A DNA stretch of 60,147 bases from a virus (lineage: Duplodnaviria; Caudoviricetes), in IMG/VR virus record IMGVR_UViG_3300043433_000128, positions 1-60,147 of that record. One strand, 5' to 3'. Position numbers and translations under genes: made by a program. The notes beneath the pieces were generated by a model. The model did no database searches. It saw only the letters and a program-made list of their open reading frames with translations, and was not told the DNA's origin. Position 1 is the first letter of the stretch. Each line of letters starts with the position of its first letter. Shown piece after piece: positions 1-9,960 of this stretch.

Positions 1-1718
1 AATTGTAAACTTTTTTTATTTTTGATTAAGTCTTTTGCAAAATCAATAGCTTGTTTTTCATTACCGAATTTCTTCATTGCTCTAACACCATCAGAATAAT
101 GAACTTCAAAACCTTCATCGACTGAATATAATTTTAAAACCATAGATTCCATTGCTAATTCTAAGTCTTTATCTTTATCTGATACGACTGCATCTAATTC
201 AGCTTCTAAAGCTTTCTTTTTAGCTGTCATTTCTTTTAAGGTATTTAATAATGCAGTTTTAGCATCTCCTTCAGCCGCTTTCCAACTAGCTGCAGTGTCT
301 TTCATTGCATTAGTAACTTTAGTCCACTCAGTTTGAATCTTATTAATAGATCTTGCTTCGTTTACGTCATCGTTTTCAACTGATTCGCTAACAGAATCTT
401 TTAAAGACTTTAATTCTGCTTTTAATTTAGAATCTAAGCTTCTTTCAATACCCCAGTTAAATGATGCTTTAACTAACATTTCTAATGGTAAATTACCATT
501 TTTCTTTCCGTATGGAGAAGTTCTAATCCAATCGATAAAATGTTGTGCTAATTCTTTTGACATTTTGATACCTTCAGCACTTGAAGAATCACCATCTACG
601 ATACCTTGAAGTAATTTAGTTGCCATTCCATGAGAACCTTCATTAACTTCTGATTCGTAAAGGCCTTCAAATTTATCATTAATTCTATATGCAATATAAC
701 CAATAATTTCGTCTAATTCAAACATTTCATCGCTTAAATCTTCAATTACGGATTTTGCGCAATCTAATAAAGCGTTCATTTCTTTAATTGGCACTAAACC
801 ACCCATTCTACTGATAGCAGATCTTGAAACATTATAATTAGCTTCAAACACATCGTCAATTACATCAAACTCAGATGCTTTGTCTTCTTTAACTTTATAA
901 GTTTTACCTTGAAATTCAAATTCTTCTTCTCCGTCTTCTTTAGCTTTTGTAACTGCTGCACCAAATGCATTACCTTCAGTTAAAAGTGATTCTGCAACTG
1001 GCTTTAATTCTTTATCTTCATAAGTGTCAGCCATGTACCATTTACCGTCTCTTTCGTCGTATAAATAAGCGTATTCTGCACCTGATTGATTTGCAACACC
1101 TTTTAAATATTTAGCTACGTTTTTAACGTCAGCTTTAGTAGTCATGTCACCTTTTTCATTTCTATCTCTTCCGTAAAATAACGTGATGCCTTTTTCTGGA
1201 TTACTGAAATCCATTGGTTTATCACCAATTTTAGCATCTAAGTACGAAATACCAGCCTTACCCAATTTTAATAATTGATCTACTGATTTTGCGTCTTTAT
1301 AATTTTTTAACAATGGTACCATATTTTGTGGATAACCATCATAGTGTACATAAGTTGATACAATTTTACCAGACTTGTCAATTTTACCAATTTGAGATCT
1401 TGTACCTTCGTTGATAACTGCTTCGTTTGTTAATTCTTCACCTTTTTTAGGATCTTCTTTTTTAGGCTCACCTAATTTAACAATATCTTTTTCGATTTCT
1501 TCTGCTTCATCTTCATTAAAGATTTTAGCAACTAAGGCATTTCTTTTTTCTTCATCTAATTCTTGTAGTGAAGTAACACCCATTTCTTCAAGAGCTGCAC
1601 CGATTTTAGATACGATTTCTGCTCTTTTGGCTTTACCTTCTTCGTGAAGTTGAGCTGCCTTTGTTTGGTTTTTAACCTCAGTAAAGGACTTAAATGATGA
1701 AATTTTTTGTACTGACAT
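1..1718 (-). CDS. Large acidic multi-domain protein, probable capsid-internal protein; 3' end runs off the window
   Basis: Not in ORF track (no stop in window). ATG at 1718 (MSVQKISSFKSFTE...) reads open to base 1. Contains a conserved phage domain GTRSQIG...YVHYDGYP...FYGRDR...EYAYLYD and modules separated by INE/LTE/VNE motifs. Confidence 0.8.
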   Translation of the reverse strand, partial: MSVQKISSFKSFTEVKNQTKAAQLHEEGKAKRAEIVSKIGAALEEMGVTSLQELDEEKRNALVAKIFNEDEAEEIEKDIVKLGEPKKEDPKKGEELTNEAVINEGTRSQIGKIDKSGKIVSTYVHYDGYPQNMVPLLKNYKDAKSVDQLLKLGKAGISYLDAKIGDKPMDFSNPEKGITLFYGRDRNEKGDMTTKADVKNVAKYLKGVANQSGAEYAYLYDERDGKWYMADTYEDKELKPVAESLLTEGNAFGAAVTKAKEDGEEEFEFQGKTYKVKEDKASEFDVIDDVFEANYNVSRSAISRMGGLVPIKEMNALLDCAKSVIEDLSDEMFELDEIIGYIAYRINDKFEGLYESEVNEGSHGMATKLLQGIVDGDSSSAEGIKMSKELAQHFIDWIRTSPYGKKNGNLPLEMLVKASFNWGIERSLDSKLKAELKSLKDSVSESVENDDVNEARSINKIQTEWTKVTNAMKDTAASWKAAEGDAKTALLNTLKEMTAKKKALEAELDAVVSDKDKDLELAMESMVLKLYSVDEGFEVHYSDGVRAMKKFGNEKQAIDFAKDLIKNKKSLQ

Positions 1719-1754
1719 ATTCTTTTTTTATTTTTTAATAAGTTATTATGTTAA

Positions 1755-3263
1755 TTATATATCTCCATCAAAATCCACTTTCTTTACAGTGTATTCGAAT
1801 TTCTCTTGTTTGTATATAGATTGCCTTACTTTTCCATGTTTATAAAGGTAATTATCCCACTCTATTGTTCTAATATCGTCAACGAAATCGACAATTAATA
1901 CTTTGTCTTTTGAGTGATGTTGTCTCAATCCACGACCAATTGATTGTCTAATAATTACTTCAGACTTAAATGATTCCGTGAAAAATATGTTGTGAATTTT
2001 TTTGATCGAGATACCTGTAGAGAATGTTCCAAAACTTGCAACAATTACAATTTCCTCTCCAGCTTCCATCTTCTTTTTATATTCCTCTCTAATATCTGAA
2101 GCTGTTCCACCATCAACATAGAATACTCGCTTATTACTTTCTTGTCGCAGTTTTTCATATAATCTTTGACCATGTTCGATACGATGGAAAAGCACTAGTG
2201 AATTTCTGGGTATTCTTGAAATTACGTTTGAGATAAAATTAAGTCTGGCATCGCTCGTGATTACGAAGTTTTGTTCTAATGAAAATACGTCCTTACTGTC
2301 ATATTTATTCTGTGCAAGTTCCATAAATGCAGTTCTCTGTTTTGGAGTTGCATAGTTCATTTCAATAACTTTAACGACGCACTGTGCAATATGTCCTTGT
2401 TCTTGTAAGAAACTTGCCTTAACTTCGCTAATAACAGGTCCTGTCTGACTCATTAAGGTTAATTTGTCTAGAGTTCCATCTTTTGGTATGGTACCTGAAA
2501 GTCCAAATCTATATTTTGCATTAACACATTTGCTCAGGATTTCTTTGATTGATGCTCCTTTTGCCTTATGAGTTTCATCAACAATAACTGCGTCGAATTC
2601 TGCAAAGTATGCTGCATCTTTTTTAATTAAAGATTGATATGTTCCAATGATTATATTTTTATTGTTTTTGACCTCTTGTCCTGCAAATATTTGTTGGATT
2701 CTTAAATCAATTCGGTTTCGGTAGTTATATTCATGAAAATCTTCATGAGCCTGTACTACTAATGAAACGTTCGGTACAATAAAAAGTATTCTGGTAGCGT
2801 GTTGTTTTTCAAGCATATATGCAACAGTCATGAAACTAATCAGTGTCTTACCAGCAGATGTAGCTAACTCTGCAAGACACTTTCTAAACTTTAAAATGTT
2901 ATATGCAGTCTCGATTTGATAGTCTCGAGGAGTGAACTGTGAACCTTTAAAGAAGTCTAATGCCCATTCTTCAAATTGTTCTGCGTTAATATTTGAGTCA
3001 ATAAGTCTTTTAATACCTTCGATTTTAAGTTCAAATCTGTATTCTTTACATATTGACATGATATGACGCCAAAGTCCGGCAGGAATCCATTTATCATCTT
3101 TAATATATGATACGTATCCATCCCAAACTCCGCGTTTTACAAGAGGGTGAAACCTCCAACTTTCTATTCTTTTGGTTAAAGAGATTCTAATCTGCTCTAA
3201 CTCAATTTCAGTAGCTTCATCAATTCTTAAATATTGATTGTCTTCTGTTAATGTTAAAATCAA
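1755..3263 (-). CDS. uvsW: UvsW-like SF2 DNA helicase
   Basis: PRDYQ, Walker A ATSAGKT, DETH box, GLSGT, QSIGRGLR; N-terminal WDG motif of T4 UvsW; TTG start. Confidence 0.92.
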   Translation of the reverse strand: MILTLTEDNQYLRIDEATEIELEQIRISLTKRIESWRFHPLVKRGVWDGYVSYIKDDKWIPAGLWRHIMSICKEYRFELKIEGIKRLIDSNINAEQFEEWALDFFKGSQFTPRDYQIETAYNILKFRKCLAELATSAGKTLISFMTVAYMLEKQHATRILFIVPNVSLVVQAHEDFHEYNYRNRIDLRIQQIFAGQEVKNNKNIIIGTYQSLIKKDAAYFAEFDAVIVDETHKAKGASIKEILSKCVNAKYRFGLSGTIPKDGTLDKLTLMSQTGPVISEVKASFLQEQGHIAQCVVKVIEMNYATPKQRTAFMELAQNKYDSKDVFSLEQNFVITSDARLNFISNVISRIPRNSLVLFHRIEHGQRLYEKLRQESNKRVFYVDGGTASDIREEYKKKMEAGEEIVIVASFGTFSTGISIKKIHNIFFTESFKSEVIIRQSIGRGLRQHHSKDKVLIVDFVDDIRTIEWDNYLYKHGKVRQSIYKQEKFEYTVKKVDFDGDI

Positions 3264-3280
3264 ACTTCATTCGATCTTTT

Positions 3281-3709
3281 TTACAACCTTGAAATATCTA
3301 GACGATTCTTTATTGCAAAGCCCATATTATCAAGTGTCTTAATTGATCCCTCAAAAAAACTTTTTTGAGTCACTAATAACTCAAGGATAGTTGTATCATC
3401 TGCGATGTCTGCTTCAACAAACTTTTCTCGCATTTTATCGGTTAATTTATAGTCATAGCTATAATATTCAACCCATTTATCTTTATATCTCTTGTCTACT
3501 GTTGCTTTTTGGGATTTGATACGATTCCCCATGGTTGCTAAGTGTTCAACCAGTATTTGGCGATAACTAAGCGTGTAAGCACTTACGCCTTCTAGATTAT
3601 TACCTATTTTTAATTCTTCGGTTAATCCTTTTATTTTAGAAGTCCAATCCTCTCTCTGTTTAATTAAATACTGATCAAGCTGCTGAATTTTATCTTTGGA
3701 TTCTGTCAT
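3281..3709 (-). CDS. uvsY: UvsY-like recombination mediator
   Basis: 142 aa helical protein adjacent to uvsW; C-terminal IKTLDNMGFAIKNRLD resembles the UvsY C-terminus. Confidence 0.7.
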   Translation of the reverse strand: MTESKDKIQQLDQYLIKQREDWTSKIKGLTEELKIGNNLEGVSAYTLSYRQILVEHLATMGNRIKSQKATVDKRYKDKWVEYYSYDYKLTDKMREKFVEADIADDTTILELLVTQKSFFEGSIKTLDNMGFAIKNRLDISRL

Positions 3710-3721
3710 ATAATTTTTGCT

Positions 3722-3940
3722 TTAAAAAAGTGAATTTCCCTTATTTGTTTCTTTAATGTATACCGAACTTTTAAACTTTGCCTTAAGTTTCGGTTTCGTC
3801 ATTGTAAATTCTTTGCCTTCATGAGAAATATTAGTTGACATGAAATCAATCATCAACTTTAGGTTTTTTCTCTTGTTTCTTTCGTTTTCAAAGTCTTCGA
3901 ATTGCTCTTCGATCATTTGTAAAAAATCTTTTTTTATCAT
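3722..3940 (-). CDS. Hypothetical protein
   Basis: 72 aa ORF overlapping the primase stop by 4 nt (ATGA-type coupling). Confidence 0.65.
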   Translation of the reverse strand: MIKKDFLQMIEEQFEDFENERNKRKNLKLMIDFMSTNISHEGKEFTMTKPKLKAKFKSSVYIKETNKGNSLF

Positions 3941-5061
3941 AAGTGATATGCATCAAGTTTTGAATCCGAAAAATAATCATTTATTTTAGATAAACATGAA
4001 TTCTTTGTAATCCATGCCGAAATAACTAAATCGTTTAAATCGCCTATTTGTTTAGGATATTTATCCCTTTCATTTTTGTCCATTTTCGATAGGAATTTAT
4101 CCCATTCCAAATCAATCTTAGTATCTTTAAAGAACTTTTCCCATGTAAAAATCTTCTTGCCTCGTTTTAGTTTCTCCATCATTTTCTTTTTACCAGTAGT
4201 ATCATTATCGAACATATATCGAATTGTCGGTATCTCATCAAATTCGGTAGTTGATCTACCTGCAGTTGCAAGTCCTATTGAATTTGAAATAAACATGGCA
4301 TCGATAGGTCCTTCAAACATTGTAACTTCTCTCTGAAAATCAACTAACATAACACCGAAAAGGGTGGAAAGTTTCTTAACACTTACTAATTCTTCTTCAC
4401 TTAGAGTTAACTCCAGCTTTGCCTCTTCATATATCTTTTCAAGGTCATATGTTAAATAACGAGAATTTGCCTTCTTTTCAAGGGATCTAGTTTGAAACCC
4501 GATCACTTTATCTTGAGGTGCTAGATTTAATACAACAATTCTTTTATCTTTTGGAGAATACATGAAGCGGTCTAATTTATTAGAAAGTAAACGTTTTCTT
4601 AGATAAAAGAATGCTGGATCGCCAGCTTCGACTTCTTTGAATCCAAACCATTCTCTAATTTGAGCTCGAGTTGGAGATAAATCATGTGTCATTTTAAAAA
4701 CATCATGCTCAAGAACTTCAATGTCATTGGTTTCCATTTTATGCTCTTGAATGTAATCAATAACTTGGATGGAATCATCAGTGCTTTGAAACTTGATGTG
4801 ATGATCTTTTAATAATTGGTATGCATTTGAATGTGTTGAACAGTTAAAGCAGTGGTATTGCAAAGTGTCCCAATACAAATTACCACGTTTCTTTTTATGG
4901 TCAGTACTTGAGTCACCGCAATAAGGACATGCCATCGTAATCCTACCTGGCATCTCTTTAATCATATGCTTGCTCGGCTCATGATGAGCTTTTACAATTG
5001 CTTGTTTTACCAAGCTCCTGATTTTTGCTTTAAGTTCCTCTGTTATTTTTTGATTTTGCAT
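3937..5061 (-). CDS. DNA primase, T4 gp61-like
   Basis: Zn finger CPYCGDS...HCFNC, TOPRIM motifs FEGPIDAMF and FDND, DLND. Start moved to ATG 5061 (MQNQK) because 5088 lies within the upstream terminator/promoter. Confidence 0.9.
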   Translation of the reverse strand: MQNQKITEELKAKIRSLVKQAIVKAHHEPSKHMIKEMPGRITMACPYCGDSSTDHKKKRGNLYWDTLQYHCFNCSTHSNAYQLLKDHHIKFQSTDDSIQVIDYIQEHKMETNDIEVLEHDVFKMTHDLSPTRAQIREWFGFKEVEAGDPAFFYLRKRLLSNKLDRFMYSPKDKRIVVLNLAPQDKVIGFQTRSLEKKANSRYLTYDLEKIYEEAKLELTLSEEELVSVKKLSTLFGVMLVDFQREVTMFEGPIDAMFISNSIGLATAGRSTTEFDEIPTIRYMFDNDTTGKKKMMEKLKRGKKIFTWEKFFKDTKIDLEWDKFLSKMDKNERDKYPKQIGDLNDLVISAWITKNSCLSKINDYFSDSKLDAYHL

Positions 5062-5066
5062 ACTTA

Positions 5067-5092
5067 TTATATATGAAAAAAGGGCCAAGTTT
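5067..5092 (-). promoter_or_regulatory. Putative class-II (middle) promoter AAAC-N15-TATATAA for primase
   Basis: Exact motif and spacing shared with six other intergenic sites. Confidence 0.65.
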
Positions 5093-5104
5093 ACACTTGA
5101 CCCT
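5076..5104 (-). terminator. Intrinsic terminator after ssb
   Basis: AGGGTCAAGT-GTAA-ACTTGGCCCT followed by a T-run on the minus strand. Confidence 0.8.
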
Positions 5105-5124
5105 CTAATCTTACCTAAATTATA

Positions 5125-6060
5125 TTAAATATCTAAATCATTTAAGAAATCATCTAAGTCGTCAGATGAATCTACGTTTGTAGAACCTGGGCTTGATGTC
5201 ATTGATTCAGGGAATTCAAAATCTGAAGATCCACCCGCAGTCTCAGCTACTTTTTCAGTCTTTGCTGGTGATTTTTTAGCAGCCTGTTTGTTAACAACGC
5301 TATCTAAAGAATCTCCTGGGTTTAAATAGTTTCTTAAGATACTATTAACGAAATCTAATGTTTCTTGATCCCATGCTTTGTATTCGTATGGCTCTAAACT
5401 TGGAGCTGCATCTAATTCAGCTTTAATTGTTGCCATAGTTTCTGCATTTCTTTCTGCTGGAGTACCGCTCATATCGATTGGACTCGTTTTAGAAGAGAAT
5501 TTAGATTTATCGTAGTTGTTAAAATCTCCTTGGCGAGTAATAATCAACTCAAAGTTTTTACCTGCAAATAAGTCAAATACTTGAGTTGGCTCACCAAATG
5601 CTGGTTTTAATTCTTCGTCAATTTTCTCTTTGATTTTATAACCAAATTTAAAGATCTTATATTGACCTTCTAATTCTGGGTTTTGTGGGTCTTTAATAAT
5701 CTTAACAAGAGCAAAATATTGTTCACGTCTTTTAAGTTTATCACTCATTTTACGGTCAACAGCTGAATCGCTTTTACGTAATTTAAAGAATACGTCTGCA
5801 ATAGGGCATTTGTCACCAACTGTCGATGGAGAATCTACCATTTTACCATCACCGTTTGCATTCGTCAACCAGTGTACGTATTTTTTTACTAATGAATTTC
5901 TTGGGTTTGAAGGGTTTGGAACGAAGCGAATCATTGCTTTGTATGTTCCATCTTTACCATCGTCCGCTGTGGGTTTGTAAAGATCGCTTCCAGATGAAGC
6001 TTGTGTTTCGTGAGTTTCAACGTCTGATACTCCTAGGTTAAAAATGTCAAAATCTGCCAT
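5125..6060 (-). CDS. Single-stranded DNA-binding protein, T4 gp32-like
   Basis: MIRFVP, CPI, KIFKFGYKI, FDLFAGKNF, NYDKSKF and acidic tail DDLDDFLNDLDI; next to primase. Confidence 0.9.
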   Translation of the reverse strand: MADFDIFNLGVSDVETHETQASSGSDLYKPTADDGKDGTYKAMIRFVPNPSNPRNSLVKKYVHWLTNANGDGKMVDSPSTVGDKCPIADVFFKLRKSDSAVDRKMSDKLKRREQYFALVKIIKDPQNPELEGQYKIFKFGYKIKEKIDEELKPAFGEPTQVFDLFAGKNFELIITRQGDFNNYDKSKFSSKTSPIDMSGTPAERNAETMATIKAELDAAPSLEPYEYKAWDQETLDFVNSILRNYLNPGDSLDSVVNKQAAKKSPAKTEKVAETAGGSSDFEFPESMTSSPGSTNVDSSDDLDDFLNDLDI

Positions 6061-6137
6061 GTCTTTAATTGCTTTAATTTTTGTTAATACTTTAATTGTT
6101 CTAAGTTTTTAAGGGCCCTTTAATTAACTTATGATAG

Positions 6138-6163
6138 TTATATAGAGAATGAATATTTTGTTT
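6138..6163 (-). promoter_or_regulatory. Putative class-II promoter AAAC-N15-TATATAA for ssb
   Basis: TGAAAC AAAATATTCATTCTC TATATAA on the minus strand. Confidence 0.65.
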
Positions 6164-6292
6164 CACTTTCTATAATAATATATATCTTTTTTATTTGGGA
6201 AATGTGACACCTGAAGACTCTCTTTTTTGTTTATAAAATATTTTTAAGTACTTTTGAAACAAAAACTCACATAGTGAATATAACTAAAGTCT

Positions 6293-6949
6293 TTAAGCCT
6301 CTGGGTAAAATAAACTTCTGGCTAAATGATTTAAAAAGTAAGCGTCCACTAAGTCATCAAGAGGTTTCGGAACTTTTTTAACCGAACCGATTTCGTTTTG
6401 ACAGAATCTAAGCAGTGACGAGTTTTCCAACGAAGAATCATTAAGAATATTTTCCAGGAATTTAACCCACAGCTCGTCCTTTTTCATGTTACCCTTTCCA
6501 GCATGTTTCTTAATTGTCGAAGGAGCAATTGTCATCATGTCTAAGACTGTAAGCCTCGACATCATTTCCATTTTTAAGATTGCGGCTCCAGCAGCCATGT
6601 CAATAATATTATTAGTCCCAGCAGAAGAACCATAAGAAGAACCTTCAAAAGCAATCACAAAAGGAGTTTCATCGCCTGTAATTTCAATAATCATATTAAT
6701 GATATCGTTCGCTGTTTGAGTGTGTCTTTGGATCTTAATCATTTCGCTTTTTGAGTAAGCTTCATTATTAGTCCAGTCAGGTTGATGAGAGATCTGTGTA
6801 TCTTCAAGAAGATTTAATTCCTCTTGAATCTTTTGTTCTGCTTTAGTTCCAGAATTAGGTTTTAAATACCCAATAAAATTGTACTTGTTATCTGAAAAGA
6901 TACAAATACCTGGAGAATTTAACGAAAAGTCAATTGTTACGAAATTCAT
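6293..6949 (-). CDS. RuvC-like Holliday junction resolvase
   Basis: IDFSLNSPG, FEGSSYG, IAPSTIKKHAGKGNMKKDEL, DDLVDAY: RNase H-fold acidic residue pattern of phage RuvC. Confidence 0.8.
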   Translation of the reverse strand: MNFVTIDFSLNSPGICIFSDNKYNFIGYLKPNSGTKAEQKIQEELNLLEDTQISHQPDWTNNEAYSKSEMIKIQRHTQTANDIINMIIEITGDETPFVIAFEGSSYGSSAGTNNIIDMAAGAAILKMEMMSRLTVLDMMTIAPSTIKKHAGKGNMKKDELWVKFLENILNDSSLENSSLLRFCQNEIGSVKKVPKPLDDLVDAYFLNHLARSLFYPEA

Positions 6950-7318
6950 TTAAATGTTTTTACCAAGAGAAGCACCAAGAGCGGCACCAACTAATCTTGA
7001 AGTTAGCATGTCATACATAATTCCACTTTGGATTCCTAAGATATTTGCAACTGTTTTACCGATAGTTTTACCAAGCGCAAATCCAGCAAGTCCACCAAAG
7101 ATACTTCCTAAAATACCTTCATTTGTTATTTGCTCATTAAATGCATTAATGTCATAAGATCCGTCCTCTTTTCTATAGGTCTTAGAGAATTCCTCTAGAG
7201 CAGCATCAACTTTAGCTTCAAGTTCATCAGTCCATTCAGTTTGAAGAGACTCATTTAATATCTGTAGTTCGACTGGTGTCATGTTTTGCTCAGCCATATA
7301 ATCTAAAAATGTTTTCAT
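6950..7318 (-). CDS. Small virion/internal protein with glycine-zipper hydrophobic C-terminus
   Basis: N-terminus MKTFLDYMAE resembles the T4 capsid-targeting sequence; C-terminal GxxxG repeats. Confidence 0.6.
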   Translation of the reverse strand: MKTFLDYMAEQNMTPVELQILNESLQTEWTDELEAKVDAALEEFSKTYRKEDGSYDINAFNEQITNEGILGSIFGGLAGFALGKTIGKTVANILGIQSGIMYDMLTSRLVGAALGASLGKNI

Positions 7319-7331
7319 ATACTTATATATC

Positions 7332-7883
7332 TTAATCTATTTCTAATGCAATATTAAATTTATTATAATAGAAGTTTAAATCAAATGTTGTAAATTCAGC
7401 GACATTAGAACTCATGTTTAAATCAAGTTCTGAAATCGAATTCATTATTGGTTTTTCAAATACAGCACTGATGATATGAATTCCTTCAGCATCCATGATT
7501 TGTAATTTAATATCGTTTATCCAAGGTTCTTTTACTGCTTTAGAATAATAATAAAGAAGCGTATCCTGCATTATCCAATAATTAATGTAACCATCTAAGA
7601 GCTGCATTGTAACTTTAAACTGACGATCAATTGTGTTTTGTATCGGAATAGAACCTCTATGATATGTTATTGTACCGTCGTTTGGTGAAACTTGAATCGG
7701 ATCAAAAGATATTCCCGGAAGATTAACACCTTGAATTGAATAGTTTATAAAATCAATTGGCTCAGTAATTAAATTACCTGGCATTCTATTCAAATACTTG
7801 CGATATTTGTCAGCAACTTCCTTAGGAATAAAAGTCCTTGGGAATTTAAAATTGAATAAGTTATTTCTACTATTTAAAATCAT
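7332..7883 (-). CDS. Tail-tube-fold protein, T4 gp3-like tail completion/terminator
   Basis: NFKFP...IQGVNLPGISF...FKVTMQLLDGYINYW pattern of the gp3/gp19 family. Confidence 0.6.
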   Translation of the reverse strand: MILNSRNNLFNFKFPRTFIPKEVADKYRKYLNRMPGNLITEPIDFINYSIQGVNLPGISFDPIQVSPNDGTITYHRGSIPIQNTIDRQFKVTMQLLDGYINYWIMQDTLLYYYSKAVKEPWINDIKLQIMDAEGIHIISAVFEKPIMNSISELDLNMSSNVAEFTTFDLNFYYNKFNIALEID

Positions 7884-9946
7884 TATACGATGTTAACATT
7901 ACCGAAGTACAATAGTGATTCTGTACTTCCATTTTTAATATTTATGTAAAATTTGTCTGCAAATTGATTAGCATCTGACTGATCAAATCTAACTGCAACA
8001 GCTTTCGGTATTTTAAAGAAAACTTCTCCAGCTCCCATATCAACTCCTGGAAATCCAGGGTCATGTGAAATTCTTTGTTCAATAGTTCCACTTTTAATTA
8101 TAAGAACCATGTCTTCAGCATTTACTAAACTGATCGACTTTAATGTATCTCCATCAGGTTGAACAACTTTAAACTTAATAAAGTTATCAGAAACCTTTGA
8201 TAGATTAATAGTACCAATTCCTTCTTTTTCATAGACAAATCCGTTAGTTGCAGAAGCATTTGCTCCATCAACTGTAACATTTGCACTTCCAGCCATAATA
8301 CCATAAGTATCGAGTGCTACAGGAACATATTTAGTTTCGCCAACAGTTGGTCTAATTGAATTAACAAAGGCATTAAGTTCTCTATTAACACTAGTATTTG
8401 GTAAGGTATTGTAAACTACAGTAGGAGCAAAACTTGAATTTAAGTTTAACTTCAATAATTTCTTACCATATTTTTTAGGCTGTCCATATATAATAGAAGC
8501 AACCTTTAATATTTGTGTATTATCGGTTTCATTATAAACTCGCATATTTACAGTAATCAAAAAGTTACTTGAAATCGAAGAGTTCATAATTACCGGCCTG
8601 AATACGATTGGTTTATCAAATTCTGAGGTTTGTGTAAATGTATTTGTAAAGGTGTTAATATAATTAAGACCTAACTGCTCGCTTACTTGAACTTCGTAGA
8701 AAACAGTTAAATCATCTCCTGGTGTTTGCATTCTACTATTAATATAGTTTTCAAATCCAGCTATTGATCCATCCTTTGTTCCAAAAATATTGAAGTAATC
8801 TCCATCAGTTGCATGTTCTATATTAACAGCTAAATCAACAAATTCGTCTTCTTGTGGAAGTACTACTGATTTTCCCTCTCCTAATTTAATATATTCGTAT
8901 CCATTGTCTACAAAAACTTCACTGATTAATTTAAAATCAAATTCATAATTAATAGAAGTTGGGATTGATTCTAAAGTTCCAGGAGAACCAAAGAACGTAT
9001 TTTTAAAATCTTCATTTGTTGTATTTGAAAACATTTGAACCAATGAAGGTACCTTGATTTCAATATATTTTGAATATGAAGTTTCTCCTAAAATAAAAGG
9101 GTTTGGATTTTGAATCTCAAAACTTGAGCTATTTAAGTAAACTGTTGAGTTAAAATAGTTATAAACACCAGAGTTTCTTTTAACTTTAGTTTGAAATAAG
9201 AATCCATCATATCCTCTACCACTAAAAGAATATCCAGTTTTTAAATGTAACTTAATTGTATCATACCATACAGCTTGTACTGTGTTTGAAGATACTACAC
9301 CAAGTCCTGTAGAATCAGTTCCATTCCATTCAGTAGAATCTAAATAATTCAAACCATTTGTAAGAAGAGCCCAAGTGCCATCAATTCCTCCAGGAACTGC
9401 ATAGTATCTTCCAGATTCTCCGGCGGCTGTTTTAATGTCATTTCCTGTTTGTGCAACTGGAACTGAAAATAGAGAATTTGCTCTATTTGAAACTTCTATT
9501 TGACCTCCAATAAATTCGAATCCTGAAAGATCAGTATATTCATAAGAATATTTTCCGTTTGTAGTTGGAGTATATACGTAAATTGAACCTACTAAAAATC
9601 CATTCCCATTAGGAATATTAAATCCAGCGATATTATCAATGCTTGAATCAGTTAGATCAAACTTGTAAGTTTTTCCATTTGCAAGTAATAATTGTCTGCT
9701 TGCAAAATTATTTATAACAACATATCCATTTGAAGCACTAACTGTAAATTCTACAACGTCAGCTCCAAGTTCATGGATTAAAAATCTAGAAGCACTATCA
9801 TCACCGTCAACAGTATTCAAATACTTAAGTTGACTTCCATTATTATCATTTTCGATCTTTACCAAATCCACATTTGATTGATCGTGATAGATGAATTCCA
9901 TTAGAACGTCATCGTCTATTCTTAGGAATCTTGATGATTTTGCCAT
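7883..9946 (-). CDS. Putative virion structural protein
   Basis: 687 aa beta-rich, N/S/T-rich ORF in the structural operon. Confidence 0.55.
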   Translation of the reverse strand: MAKSSRFLRIDDDVLMEFIYHDQSNVDLVKIENDNNGSQLKYLNTVDGDDSASRFLIHELGADVVEFTVSASNGYVVINNFASRQLLLANGKTYKFDLTDSSIDNIAGFNIPNGNGFLVGSIYVYTPTTNGKYSYEYTDLSGFEFIGGQIEVSNRANSLFSVPVAQTGNDIKTAAGESGRYYAVPGGIDGTWALLTNGLNYLDSTEWNGTDSTGLGVVSSNTVQAVWYDTIKLHLKTGYSFSGRGYDGFLFQTKVKRNSGVYNYFNSTVYLNSSSFEIQNPNPFILGETSYSKYIEIKVPSLVQMFSNTTNEDFKNTFFGSPGTLESIPTSINYEFDFKLISEVFVDNGYEYIKLGEGKSVVLPQEDEFVDLAVNIEHATDGDYFNIFGTKDGSIAGFENYINSRMQTPGDDLTVFYEVQVSEQLGLNYINTFTNTFTQTSEFDKPIVFRPVIMNSSISSNFLITVNMRVYNETDNTQILKVASIIYGQPKKYGKKLLKLNLNSSFAPTVVYNTLPNTSVNRELNAFVNSIRPTVGETKYVPVALDTYGIMAGSANVTVDGANASATNGFVYEKEGIGTINLSKVSDNFIKFKVVQPDGDTLKSISLVNAEDMVLIIKSGTIEQRISHDPGFPGVDMGAGEVFFKIPKAVAVRFDQSDANQFADKFYINIKNGSTESLLYFGNVNIV

Positions 9947-9960
9947 TTCTTTATAATTTT

